Origin: a virus | Lineage: Duplodnaviria > Caudoviricetes | IMG/VR virus record: IMGVR_UViG_3300027969_000040 | Strand: one strand, 5' to 3' | DNA length: 64,000 nt | Shown: positions 8,801 through 17,519 of the stretch, one piece after another | How the letters are laid out: the number at the start of each line of letters is the position of its first letter | Position numbering within the stretch: position 1 is the first letter of the stretch | Position numbers and translations under genes: made by a program | Notes under the pieces: model-generated | Told to the model about the DNA's origin: nothing | The model's input: only the letters and a program-made list of their open reading frames with translations | The model's database searches: none

Positions 8801-10739
8801 TTCCGTTAACTACCAATGCTACATGTGTTAATGTAGATAAAGGAATTGTTGCTGTAGTATATATTAGTCCTTTGCCGCCAGGAAGTGTCAAGTCCGACCC
8901 TTGATTCCAATCTAATGCAATTGATAGTTTCCCATCAGTTTCAATAAAAATTTCGTATTCGGTGTTTTTGCATATTACCACGCCGCCGCGTTTATCAACG
9001 GTACGATTTATCCAAAATTCAATAGTATAGTTGCTCGATGCATAAAATGCTAAATTTAATTTAGGCATACTATCAATTGATATATATCCTATTTTATCAT
9101 TATCGCCAAATAACATTGCAGGTGTTGCTTGTCCAACTGTTGTAAGTACAACCGATCCTATAATAGTCGGCGTTGATGCAGGTGATATTGTATCTAATAC
9201 GCTAGTAACCAGTGAGTCGACAATAAATCTTGCTAATAATTTTGGCATATTGGGTTGCAAAATTAATGTACCTGTTGCTATTCCTGCATTTGTTTTTGAA
9301 CCTTCTAATATTGTTGTCTTATAAGCAGGTGTATTTGTTATCTGCGCAGATATTGCATCATCCCATACGCCGTAAGCATTTAATAAAGAAGACCATTTAA
9401 ATTTTGGATTAGTAAATGGATATGCAAACGAAAACTCAGTTGTCCTTAAACCTAGTTGTGGGCTAGTAGATGCTGGGCGGCCATCGATGCATCCGTTATA
9501 AGCTTCAATACCATTGCCCTGGCCACATCCCGGGATTCCAACTAATGCATATGCTGATCGAAATTTAAATAAGGTAGAACTAAAAATGTTTTCACTTGCT
9601 CCACATCTATACATTGCTTCAGTTAATTCGGTAGTAAGTCTATTTGTTTTTGGTTCGTCTGAGGTTGTTATTACTATAATATAATCGCTAGAGGTTGCGT
9701 TTAATGCCTTAGCAAGATTTTTCGCTTCAGCTGGATTTCCATATATATCAAAATTTTTATTAAAAACCACTTTACCATCAGTGCGTCTGATACGTGATAA
9801 ATTATAACTACGGTGTGTATATACAAACGCTACATCTTTTTTTGAATCCCATAACCCAGCATCTAATTTTCCGTATATGTCCAATGCGCCGCGGGACACT
9901 GCTCTGAAAGACAGATTATCCCTATGATACACTTCTACCCATCTCTGAGAGTGTGGCACAAATGGTAATTCAATTAATTTTTCATTATCCAATAAAAATT
10001 TTTCTTGGTGTTCTTTTCTATACCATTTATAAGGTAAGTGTGGTTGACCGTATAATTTTATAATTGCAGAATTTATTTTACTCGTTAAACACAAATCTAC
10101 TAATTTGTAATAACCTAATTGTCTGGGATGTATGCCGTCAGGAAGTTCATTTAACCAATTTGGTATTCTATTAGCATCTGCAACCATATCTTTATACTTT
10201 GCTGCAACTTCGCGCATAACCTCTGCATAAGGATTAGTATCCCAAAATTTGCTAACAGTTGGTGTTTGCCAAATCATTATTTGATCCGACGTTAACCCTC
10301 TTCTTAAAGAAATTAAATTATTTCTATATTCGGTTAATGACACATTTTGTTTAGCATCATTAAGTCCATGATTTATTACTACAATATTTGCTTGTATGGC
10401 ATCAGGCCATGGCTCATTTACTCCATCTTTTCCTTGCAATAATTCTCCACTGGTACTATTTCCTTGGGATCTAGTGGTGACTATAAGTTTATGCTGTGGC
10501 ATTAACAAAGTTAATAATCTGGCCGGTGGCTCCGGCACTCTTGCAGTAATTTGATCATTTTTACTACAGACACCCATAGCTGGAACAAGTTCGTCGGGAT
10601 CTCTTCCGCACATAATACTATCACCAAATAACTCTATGTGTATGTAATCTCTAACCGTTGACGACACCGACGTAGTATTCATTGCTATGTCGTTAGTTTC
10701 AGGAACAATTACAAGATGATTTGATATCAGAGCAGCCAT
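5847..10739 (-). CDS. Multidomain virion protein (1630 aa): N-terminal SGNH/GDSL hydrolase, ILEI/GG-type lectin-like, LamG, carbohydrate-binding-like, PA14-like and C-terminal Big_9/cadherin-like domains
   Basis: SGNH blocks FGDSI, QGNSTSG, HGLND, DGIHP; ILEI-like FDIYG...IVITTSDEP...FRSAYALVG; LamG YTIEFWI...THVALV...DVRIWDEARTASQI; Big_9-like SQPQHG...YVPFPDYEGLDTFTYTL. Confidence 0.8.
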   Translation of the reverse strand: MAALISNHLVIVPETNDIAMNTTSVSSTVRDYIHIELFGDSIMCGRDPDELVPAMGVCSKNDQITARVPEPPARLLTLLMPQHKLIVTTRSQGNSTSGELLQGKDGVNEPWPDAIQANIVVINHGLNDAKQNVSLTEYRNNLISLRRGLTSDQIMIWQTPTVSKFWDTNPYAEVMREVAAKYKDMVADANRIPNWLNELPDGIHPRQLGYYKLVDLCLTSKINSAIIKLYGQPHLPYKWYRKEHQEKFLLDNEKLIELPFVPHSQRWVEVYHRDNLSFRAVSRGALDIYGKLDAGLWDSKKDVAFVYTHRSYNLSRIRRTDGKVVFNKNFDIYGNPAEAKNLAKALNATSSDYIIVITTSDEPKTNRLTTELTEAMYRCGASENIFSSTLFKFRSAYALVGIPGCGQGNGIEAYNGCIDGRPASTSPQLGLRTTEFSFAYPFTNPKFKWSSLLNAYGVWDDAISAQITNTPAYKTTILEGSKTNAGIATGTLILQPNMPKLLARFIVDSLVTSVLDTISPASTPTIIGSVVLTTVGQATPAMLFGDNDKIGYISIDSMPKLNLAFYASSNYTIEFWINRTVDKRGGVVICKNTEYEIFIETDGKLSIALDWNQGSDLTLPGGKGLIYTTATIPLSTLTHVALVVNGTELLLYLDGVIDVQQNNLTQYLNRTSQPSANPVTLGNREGAATAANQLYAYIFDVRIWDEARTASQIFSNMNLANTIGSVPSVYYDIGVVPLLKNFTIDIGATSTEDMILIGYDVSADDLVNFGIQTSINNIRKVEYGDIITWSSKFTVEFNYTIGYWIWTVSELPTIPLAGVLYHNNYPGRGTTSIINYNEWIVGSGSIPGYNQNGNTNENERVLGANPWANTDVVWETRPSADGFADGGWETPWFDIDNTKTYRFSVWVRRTSTAAGGYFYLGMYGNNGGACRMDTGDAEPNPYWDYRLTSQLTQNQWYLFVGHVYPATTTATGKHPDSGYYTTTGKVGDNNGGTIGTGDIKWGLNSTQGIHRTYLYYCNDNATRLQFYRPRVDLCDGTEPMIVALLEDNIVTNRNYDEQSGLFTVPDSFTSTSIIVFGVGDSMQGMNDVTFTIDQPVTSLTWSNKYYNWQVFFPKADEYIFSLSADTSANLQLKSNIGIQSDADITEVLKTSGSPSYQYKNIETTTYVINDPGWYDIKIYAETANTLIRAPEYYSSPTTVNGQWSTLINNFGVWDGPGEYKWYITILNSGKYTFNLSADDIGSLYLSRTEFNAEFELVVETNQTSKTENFTNIFTAEKLLNEGDYIIKIIADTTGSSAAVAASLTDYHNDVIWSSANVKNPTDIIAKGLAASVRTVAGSTIWNTRTANNLKNIDEHGKEKLCDMYDTYCEINFDIAQNGTPFVVDIYPPSPNRIDSNGVVLPIKAPFYDMIKNVPPVNGTRMINASYNTDKHEYSFDSYNFVNKNTIVFSKAMSGMITVISDTTSDVSVNALTIPIQNIQSYQTFKKTFTHGRWSQGGPNAPVSWMTPTPGSAPIPVKSGGPLATPVVKTATDTNNLKLYNTHIMQRVGPGKYSEPIVLSQPQHGYVRITDNRRNFAYVPFPDYEGLDTFTYTLLTQTGQMGPPKSVYINVIGSISYVYELEVNIIAGNIT

Positions 10740-10740
10740 G

Positions 10741-13700
10741 TTATCCCCCGCTTATATACCATGATGTTGGGAACAATCTTCCTTTTTTAGGTATACAGAA
10801 ATGACGTGTGTTAAAGTATATACGATAATTCCAATAATCGGTTCCAACTTTTACTACATCGGCACCTTTGTATTTACCCGCTTCTACAGATGCATCATAA
10901 CGTGTGCGGTAGGCAGCTGACACATAATTGTATTCCATGCTAAATGGTTTACCCAATGGACTAGTAGTCGGATCAACATATGTTGCCGTGTCACCTAGAT
11001 TTCCAAGAGCATATATTTTTATATAAGTAGAAAATGCACTAACTTCATCTAGCTCTTTAGTAGTATACATTATTTGTGTTTGGAATTCGGATATTAATGG
11101 TATTAATGATCGACGTTCAATATCAATCTCTGGTGTTATTTTTGGTAATAAAATTGTTTCAACATCAAGTCGATTTATTATTTTCGCATCCACTAATGGA
11201 TTTATTCTGATATCTATCTCTGGTATTATTTCTGTTAATATATTTGTTTCAATATCAAGTTGTGGTATTATTTCTGTTAATATATTTGTTTCTATGTCCA
11301 GTTGAGATGCCAATTCATCAGACGCAATAGTTTCCGAATTGTAAATTGGTGCTAAGTACTCAGCTGGTTGATTTTCAATATCATAATATGCCGTTAGGTC
11401 AACGATTGTTCCATAATTTTTAGTAGTCTGATATGGTAACAAGTCGGTGGTTGTTTGATTTTTCGAGTCGTGTGTTGATGTCAATGGTGTTAATAGTTTA
11501 AACGGATCTTCAATTTCCATTAACACATCCATACGTGGAATTAATTCAGTTGGTATATTTTCATTGTACGGTGGTAAATCAGTATGAGATATAGCTACTT
11601 TAGCTTCTGCTAGTGAATAAATTGCGTCTTTTAATACACTTTCCTTAGGATCGGCAGCCGATTTAAGAGTATCAAATAAATAGGTTTTGTTGTGCCTAAT
11701 AGGATCAATATATGTATATAACTCAACTTCTTTAGGGTCAGCATTGGCTACAATACTAGCATACAGTTCTGACTTATTTTTCATCACCGGCGAAATATCG
11801 CCTGTCATAATATCTCTATGTATAGTAATTGGAGTCAAATAGATAGATAAATTTGTAGCGTTTATTTTACTCGGCGGGAAAATTGCCCCAAATTGTGTTG
11901 TTGGATTTATAGTATTTGCATCATTTCTATAATGATTTTCGTTAATGTCTATTTCACGTTTAAACGGCATTCTATAATCCGGCAACTGGAAATCATTTTC
12001 GCGGTTATACGGCATTCTATAATCCGGCAACTGGAAATCATTTTCGCGGTTATACGGCATATTATAATTTGGCAATTGGAAATCATTTTCGCGGTTATAC
12101 GGCATATTATAATTTGGCAATTGGAAATCATTTTCGCGGTTATACGGCATATTATAATTCATTAATGTAACATTAGTTGGTAAATTTGAGACTGACCCTG
12201 AATGAAATTGTTGGCCACCTGGTAGCAAATTAATGTCGAATTTATCCGGACTAAAATCGTTTCCGCCACCGTCGCGGTTGATGTCAAATTGATCACTAAT
12301 GTTGTAAGTTGAAATAGTGTCAGCTTTTGCTTCAAACTCTGTGCTTGTATAATAAGTTATCGCAGCATCAGATTCGGTGAAAAAAGTATCATTTATATAA
12401 TAAGTTGCTATAGTACTAATTGTGTCCTTAAATCTTTGATTTTTATAATAAGTTGCTGTATTATCAATCTCTGGCTTAAATGTTTCACTTAAATTATAAC
12501 TAATATTGTAAGGTAACAATGGCTCGAAACTACCCAATTTAAGATAGCTAATATTGTAAGGTAACAATGGCTCGAAACTACCCAATTTAAGATAGCTAAT
12601 ATTGTAAGGTAACAATGGCTCGAAACCACCCAATTTAAGATAGCTAATATTGTAAGGTAACAATGGCTCGAAACCACCCAATTTAAGATAGCTAATATTG
12701 TAAGGTAACAATGGCATATAAGACCCTACACTCATATAACTAATACTATGAGGCAATACAAGATTTCCTTGTGTTAATTTTATATAACTAGAAGTTTTAG
12801 ATAATTCTGGAAAAACGTTTGCTGTCAGACGAGAACTAATACTATATAATTTAGTTGGAAAAACTTCAGAGAGACTCAGACTCAGTCTAGGCAATTTTGA
12901 AAAAGTCATTTGACCCATCCCAATGCTAGTATTTTGAAATTTAACATTATCAATTTTTGGTACATTAAGATAATTTAATGTTGCTAAGTGCTGTGGGGTT
13001 GACTTAATTTTAATATTTGTTGAACTTTCGGCCTCAAATTGTGTATCCATTTTGAATAATGGCGAAGAGTCAGAAACCAAGGTTGGCGCAATGTTACCTG
13101 TAACTAATTTTTCAGTAGGGGCAAGCCCTTCATTTACAATAACTTTATTTTGAAGACCCCAATTACCAATTGGTATATAAACTTTGCTTAATATTGTAGT
13201 GTCGGTTTTAACCTGATATAAAGTAACGTTACTTTCTACATAGTTTACTATTGTTCTTCTTAAAGAAATAATATCACCGGTTGACACATTAGTTGCATAT
13301 CTTCCTTTATCAACATTATTAATTATAATATTGGCATACGCTGTGTCTATATACAGGCCGCCGCCTGAAATAGCAGTAGTTGCTGTTAAAGTTATGTTTG
13401 ATGTAGAAAACAAGTCTCCTACATAACCCACTGAGCTATACAATGGGTCAATTGTGTATGTTAGTCCTCTAGCATATGGTTCAACTAATGTTCCAAAATC
13501 AATATAATTAAAAACTGGTCCGGAACCAGTTCTGACACTAATCCTGATTGCTCTGCTAGCAGTAGAAACTAGTATGTCATAAACATCGTATATACTAGAA
13601 GGAGTTAATATATTTTCAATTGTAATAATATCACCAGCACGTAAATTATAATAAGTTCCAGCAGGCAGTACTTGTCGAGTAATAGTAGGGGTTCTTGTTA

Positions 13701-16700
13701 ATAGAAATAGTTGATTATAATAATCCGGTATATAATAAGTATCTGTCAGAGGAATAGTAAATGTGGTGGTTATATAAGTTTTAATCAATTGATTATCTAA
13801 TATGATTACTGTTTCTTTTACTTGATACCCGTAGTACGGTCCAACTGTACGATTATTCGGAAAAAATACAGAATCTGATATCATTGGTACTGCAAATTTA
13901 TAATTTCCAATACTAATTAAAGGAGTAACTAGCCGTTGAGATGTATTAAATGGCACAGTTAAAGAAATTATATCATTTTCTTTTATTTTTACATTGTCGG
14001 TATATTCCGACCCATTTATAGCTAAAAATCCAAACTCGGCCGATATGTATATATCTTTATTATTTGGTATAGTCTGAGTCATTAAAATTTCAATTTTAGT
14101 TTCATTTTTTCGAGGAACTGTCACCGGTCTAATTATTTGAAATTTATTATAAGGGCAAAATCCCCGATCTATATAATCAAAACTGCCAATGCCTGCTACG
14201 CTCCATGCTCCTACACCAACATCACTGTAAAATACAACACTCTGATTAGCAGCTACGGTAGTATAAGTTAAACTTGCTGTACTACCCATTCCGACATTTG
14301 CTGTACTTAAATGATTAGAATTATCGTAAAAATATTCAATGAATTGCATTAATTTACCAACAGAAATTCCAACCTCATAGGTAAGCTCTTTAACTGGTAA
14401 TATTGTTTTGAATAGCAAATCGGTATCCATGGATATGCTCGCCGGTTGACTTAACTCAACACTTTTTCGTTGTATAGATAAAATTGAACCAGACGTCAAA
14501 TACGTTGTACTATCAACTTCAAAACCGAGTCTATGAAATTTAACTGGCGTTGCAGCCGGCCCAGTAGGCCCAGTGCTATAGTTCTCAACGTTTGCGTAAT
14601 ATATTGAATATCCGTCGGTAGCTGTTAAACCCGACATTTGGATTTTTGTACTGTTTATTGTATATGCAGTACCAACCGATATACTATTAGTCATAACAGT
14701 AGTAATTATGTATGCACCATCAAACCTTTTACTTATAATAGTTCCATTTGTGACATTAGTAATAACCAAATTAATATATATTTTATTATAATCTGCTTGA
14801 CTTACATAAAATTCAGACACTATGCTAGTAATGGGCCCACCACCTACGTGTCCTATACAAGTAATCGAAATAGTTAGTCTATCTATAGTTTGAATCCCAT
14901 CTAAGTATGCTGATAGACCACTTGGTTTTTTTGTAAAAACTACATAATATGAGTCGTCAACATCAGAATCGACATGTCCATCGAACACAAGTAAGTTAGT
15001 AAACGAATCAATTAAAATCAATTTGACACTAGCCGACGAAGTTATTATATTACTTGGCGCCGATAATACAAACGTATTGTGATAGCCAACAGTATTATTG
15101 TAAGCATAATTTATTAACGGATTTCCTACTAATTGGAGATTTAAAGAATTATTAAAGTGAATTAGAGCAACCGCATCATAATTAATTTTTATAAATTTAG
15201 AAATAGTGTTAACACTAGCGGCAACGAAATTAAGATCTATTAGATCAGTAATTGATACTACAGTAGTAGAAAGCGTAATTCCTGTGCCACTAACATAATC
15301 TCCCACATTTACATCAGTAACCGATGCAAGAGGAACTTTAGTTGAGTTGATCGTTGTGGCTCTACAGGTAACAAGATTTCCCAATGGGTACGGTTGAGCT
15401 TCTGTTCCCACCCAACGAATTCTAATGGTCTGAAACTCTTCTATAATTCCCGACTTATAATACAAACCCGGTGTATTACCACTATTTAATGTTGCCGGAT
15501 GTACATTTAAAGGATCTCTATTATCGATCGGGGCACCAAGATACAGATCACGTGCAGTCTCAATATACAATGCATCTTTATGTAGACTACCAAATTCCAC
15601 ATTGCCAGTTAGTACAGTGCTGCCAAACGTTATATATCCGTCGGTTGCTACATTTATATTTGAATAATTAGTACCGTACATAGTTAAATTGAACGGCAAC
15701 GATATACCAATATTTGCACCAGTATCTATATTACCAAAATTAACAGTGCTCGAATATCGAATTGGAGTTAGTGATAATGAACTATACCTGTTTAGTGCTA
15801 CTGTATTAGGTACAAAAAAATCTAAATTACTAGTTGACGATTTTACAGTAAAATTACAATCAATTGCTGTTTCGCCTATAACAATTGTACGTCTATAGTC
15901 TCCATTGGCATATGCTCTGAAACTAACACCTAAATAATCACCGGTATTAAATTTAGTATTTGTTGCTGCTTTTGCACCATTGACCCAATAGCTTAAATCT
16001 CTACTGGTATTAGCTGCAATGGATTCAATTCCTAACATTTTCACGCGAACTGGTCTGGTGCCAATGTGACTCAATGGCCCAATTTTATCATCAAATTTAA
16101 ATGGAATTATTTTTTTAATGCTGGCACCAGTGGGCGCCACTAAATTTAGTGTAGAAAATTCTTGCAAATAATGTACTGCAAGATAACTATTGCCTACTAC
16201 TGATATTAGTGTAATTTTATTATCAAAACGATATTCTTTTATTTGATTAGTTGAATCAATTGATAATGCAGTATTGTTGTCGTGTCCTGTTACCCATAGT
16301 GTGTGTTTAAATTGCCTTGCATATGCCGGTGCCATATTTGGGGTAGGAATGTAATACAAACTGCTTGCGTCAGAATTTGTAACTATTATTCGACAATTGT
16401 TCGGATCGGGTATTCCTACAAAATCACTGTCGGGCATAGTTGATGGTGTGCCAACTGAATTAACATCTTGCCCTAGTGTCTGCATTTGTGAAAACTCGCC
16501 AGAATTACTTACATAGTATATTATTCCCAACGTTGTAACAACAATTGCACCGGTACCAATGCAGGCTATTGAAGAAAATTTATCTAACGCACTATTAAAT
16601 GTTGAAATCAATTCAAATTGATTATTTAAATAATATATACTTCCTTGTCCAACTACCCATATATATGTATTATTTTGATTTATATCAAACGACGTTACTA

Positions 16701-17463
16701 TAGGATTTATTTTTGATCTATAATACGCTCGTCTTGCATCTGTATACGACTGTCCACTGGGAAGATCGGCTTCAAATGGCAAATTATTATTAAATGATCC
16801 AATTGGTGTTACAATTGGATCAAATGAATTAGTATTAAAAGATTGCGACCTAAGGGTAATCCTGTACATTTTTTTGTCTGCACATAGTACCACTGCCTCG
16901 GTTTCTAATTTATTAGTAGCAGGATTGATCTTTGATAGTTTTCGATATTCAATTGGACCAGCCGGTAAGTATACTTTAGAAATTAACTCTTCGGTGTCTG
17001 CGTAAAAACATACTGTATCATTTATATGATCTAATACAATGTGATATGCTAAAATATTAGGCGTTAGATTATAATTAAATCCCAATCGCCGTTGATTGTT
17101 TATTGCACTTTTATAGAAACTAATTAAAAATACCTGTGGTGCATAATTGAACCATTTTTTTCTAGCATCTGTAGTTTTAACAGACGGTCTATAATCATTT
17201 TTATTAACAATTGCAAATGTTTGCGTTAGACTATCAAGTTGATATTCGTAAATTTGATAACCTAAATACGAATTAGGCGTAGTTACAGTAACTTGTACAT
17301 GATCTAACGGAAGTAAATCAACCGGGCGCGTGGAAATTATACTATCATTAACTGATAATATAACCCCCACTGTTGAGATATTAAATGTTTGAGATTTACT
17401 TGAATAAAAATCTACAGTAATAACACTATTGGGGGTGCATGCCGAAACACTGTTGAACATCAT
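10741..17463 (-). CDS. Giant virion/fibre protein (about 2240 aa) with an N-terminal beta-propeller-like region and a C-terminal ladder of 14-16-aa tandem repeats
   Basis: ORF track gives 10741..17472 with TTG. GGAGG directly before ATG-ATG (17463/17460) suggests the true start. It contains three in-frame tandem repeat arrays. Confidence 0.75.
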   Translation of the reverse strand: MMFNSVSACTPNSVITVDFYSSKSQTFNISTVGVILSVNDSIISTRPVDLLPLDHVQVTVTTPNSYLGYQIYEYQLDSLTQTFAIVNKNDYRPSVKTTDARKKWFNYAPQVFLISFYKSAINNQRRLGFNYNLTPNILAYHIVLDHINDTVCFYADTEELISKVYLPAGPIEYRKLSKINPATNKLETEAVVLCADKKMYRITLRSQSFNTNSFDPIVTPIGSFNNNLPFEADLPSGQSYTDARRAYYRSKINPIVTSFDINQNNTYIWVVGQGSIYYLNNQFELISTFNSALDKFSSIACIGTGAIVVTTLGIIYYVSNSGEFSQMQTLGQDVNSVGTPSTMPDSDFVGIPDPNNCRIIVTNSDASSLYYIPTPNMAPAYARQFKHTLWVTGHDNNTALSIDSTNQIKEYRFDNKITLISVVGNSYLAVHYLQEFSTLNLVAPTGASIKKIIPFKFDDKIGPLSHIGTRPVRVKMLGIESIAANTSRDLSYWVNGAKAATNTKFNTGDYLGVSFRAYANGDYRRTIVIGETAIDCNFTVKSSTSNLDFFVPNTVALNRYSSLSLTPIRYSSTVNFGNIDTGANIGISLPFNLTMYGTNYSNINVATDGYITFGSTVLTGNVEFGSLHKDALYIETARDLYLGAPIDNRDPLNVHPATLNSGNTPGLYYKSGIIEEFQTIRIRWVGTEAQPYPLGNLVTCRATTINSTKVPLASVTDVNVGDYVSGTGITLSTTVVSITDLIDLNFVAASVNTISKFIKINYDAVALIHFNNSLNLQLVGNPLINYAYNNTVGYHNTFVLSAPSNIITSSASVKLILIDSFTNLLVFDGHVDSDVDDSYYVVFTKKPSGLSAYLDGIQTIDRLTISITCIGHVGGGPITSIVSEFYVSQADYNKIYINLVITNVTNGTIISKRFDGAYIITTVMTNSISVGTAYTINSTKIQMSGLTATDGYSIYYANVENYSTGPTGPAATPVKFHRLGFEVDSTTYLTSGSILSIQRKSVELSQPASISMDTDLLFKTILPVKELTYEVGISVGKLMQFIEYFYDNSNHLSTANVGMGSTASLTYTTVAANQSVVFYSDVGVGAWSVAGIGSFDYIDRGFCPYNKFQIIRPVTVPRKNETKIEILMTQTIPNNKDIYISAEFGFLAINGSEYTDNVKIKENDIISLTVPFNTSQRLVTPLISIGNYKFAVPMISDSVFFPNNRTVGPYYGYQVKETVIILDNQLIKTYITTTFTIPLTDTYYIPDYYNQLFLLTRTPTITRQVLPAGTYYNLRAGDIITIENILTPSSIYDVYDILVSTASRAIRISVRTGSGPVFNYIDFGTLVEPYARGLTYTIDPLYSSVGYVGDLFSTSNITLTATTAISGGGLYIDTAYANIIINNVDKGRYATNVSTGDIISLRRTIVNYVESNVTLYQVKTDTTILSKVYIPIGNWGLQNKVIVNEGLAPTEKLVTGNIAPTLVSDSSPLFKMDTQFEAESSTNIKIKSTPQHLATLNYLNVPKIDNVKFQNTSIGMGQMTFSKLPRLSLSLSEVFPTKLYSISSRLTANVFPELSKTSSYIKLTQGNLVLPHSISYMSVGSYMPLLPYNISYLKLGGFEPLLPYNISYLKLGGFEPLLPYNISYLKLGSFEPLLPYNISYLKLGSFEPLLPYNISYNLSETFKPEIDNTATYYKNQRFKDTISTIATYYINDTFFTESDAAITYYTSTEFEAKADTISTYNISDQFDINRDGGGNDFSPDKFDINLLPGGQQFHSGSVSNLPTNVTLMNYNMPYNRENDFQLPNYNMPYNRENDFQLPNYNMPYNRENDFQLPDYRMPYNRENDFQLPDYRMPFKREIDINENHYRNDANTINPTTQFGAIFPPSKINATNLSIYLTPITIHRDIMTGDISPVMKNKSELYASIVANADPKEVELYTYIDPIRHNKTYLFDTLKSAADPKESVLKDAIYSLAEAKVAISHTDLPPYNENIPTELIPRMDVLMEIEDPFKLLTPLTSTHDSKNQTTTDLLPYQTTKNYGTIVDLTAYYDIENQPAEYLAPIYNSETIASDELASQLDIETNILTEIIPQLDIETNILTEIIPEIDIRINPLVDAKIINRLDVETILLPKITPEIDIERRSLIPLISEFQTQIMYTTKELDEVSAFSTYIKIYALGNLGDTATYVDPTTSPLGKPFSMEYNYVSAAYRTRYDASVEAGKYKGADVVKVGTDYWNYRIYFNTRHFCIPKKGRLFPTSWYISGG
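11221..11304. repeat. 42-bp in-frame tandem repeat, 2 copies (QLDIETNILTEIIP)
   Basis: tggtattatttctgttaatatatttgtttc... at 11221 and 11263. Confidence 0.9.
11964..12159. repeat. 45-bp in-frame tandem repeat, about 4.3 copies (NMPYNRENDFQLPNY / RMPYNRENDFQLPDY)
   Basis: Unit acggcat(t/a)...ggaaatcattttcgcggttat starts at 11964, 12009, 12054, 12099 and partially at 12144. Confidence 0.95.
12501..12715. repeat. 48-bp in-frame tandem repeat, about 4.5 copies (LLPYNISYLKLG(G/S)FEP)
   Basis: Unit taatattgtaaggtaacaatggctcgaaac(t/c)acccaatttaagatagc at 12501, 12549, 12597, 12645 and partially at 12693. Confidence 0.95.
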
Positions 17464-17519
17464 GCCCTCCAATTGGGTGTAACATAGTCAATTATTTTTT
17501 CCTTTAATATAAAGGAGAT

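Noticed and set aside
11964-12715. The 45- and 48-bp arrays as a CRISPR or mini-array
   Set aside because: Units are head-to-tail with no unique spacers, lengths are multiples of 3 inside an open frame, and there are no cas genes.
1530-17463. Diversity-generating retroelement acting on the fibre genes
   Set aside because: There is no reverse transcriptase in the window and I saw no template/variable repeat pair differing at adenines. An RT elsewhere in the genome cannot be excluded.
17473-17519. Upstream AAGGA plus ATG giving a 19-codon ORF overlapping the start of the 2240-aa gene
   Set aside because: It is too short, out of frame and unsupported. The giant gene has its own GGAGG-ATG.
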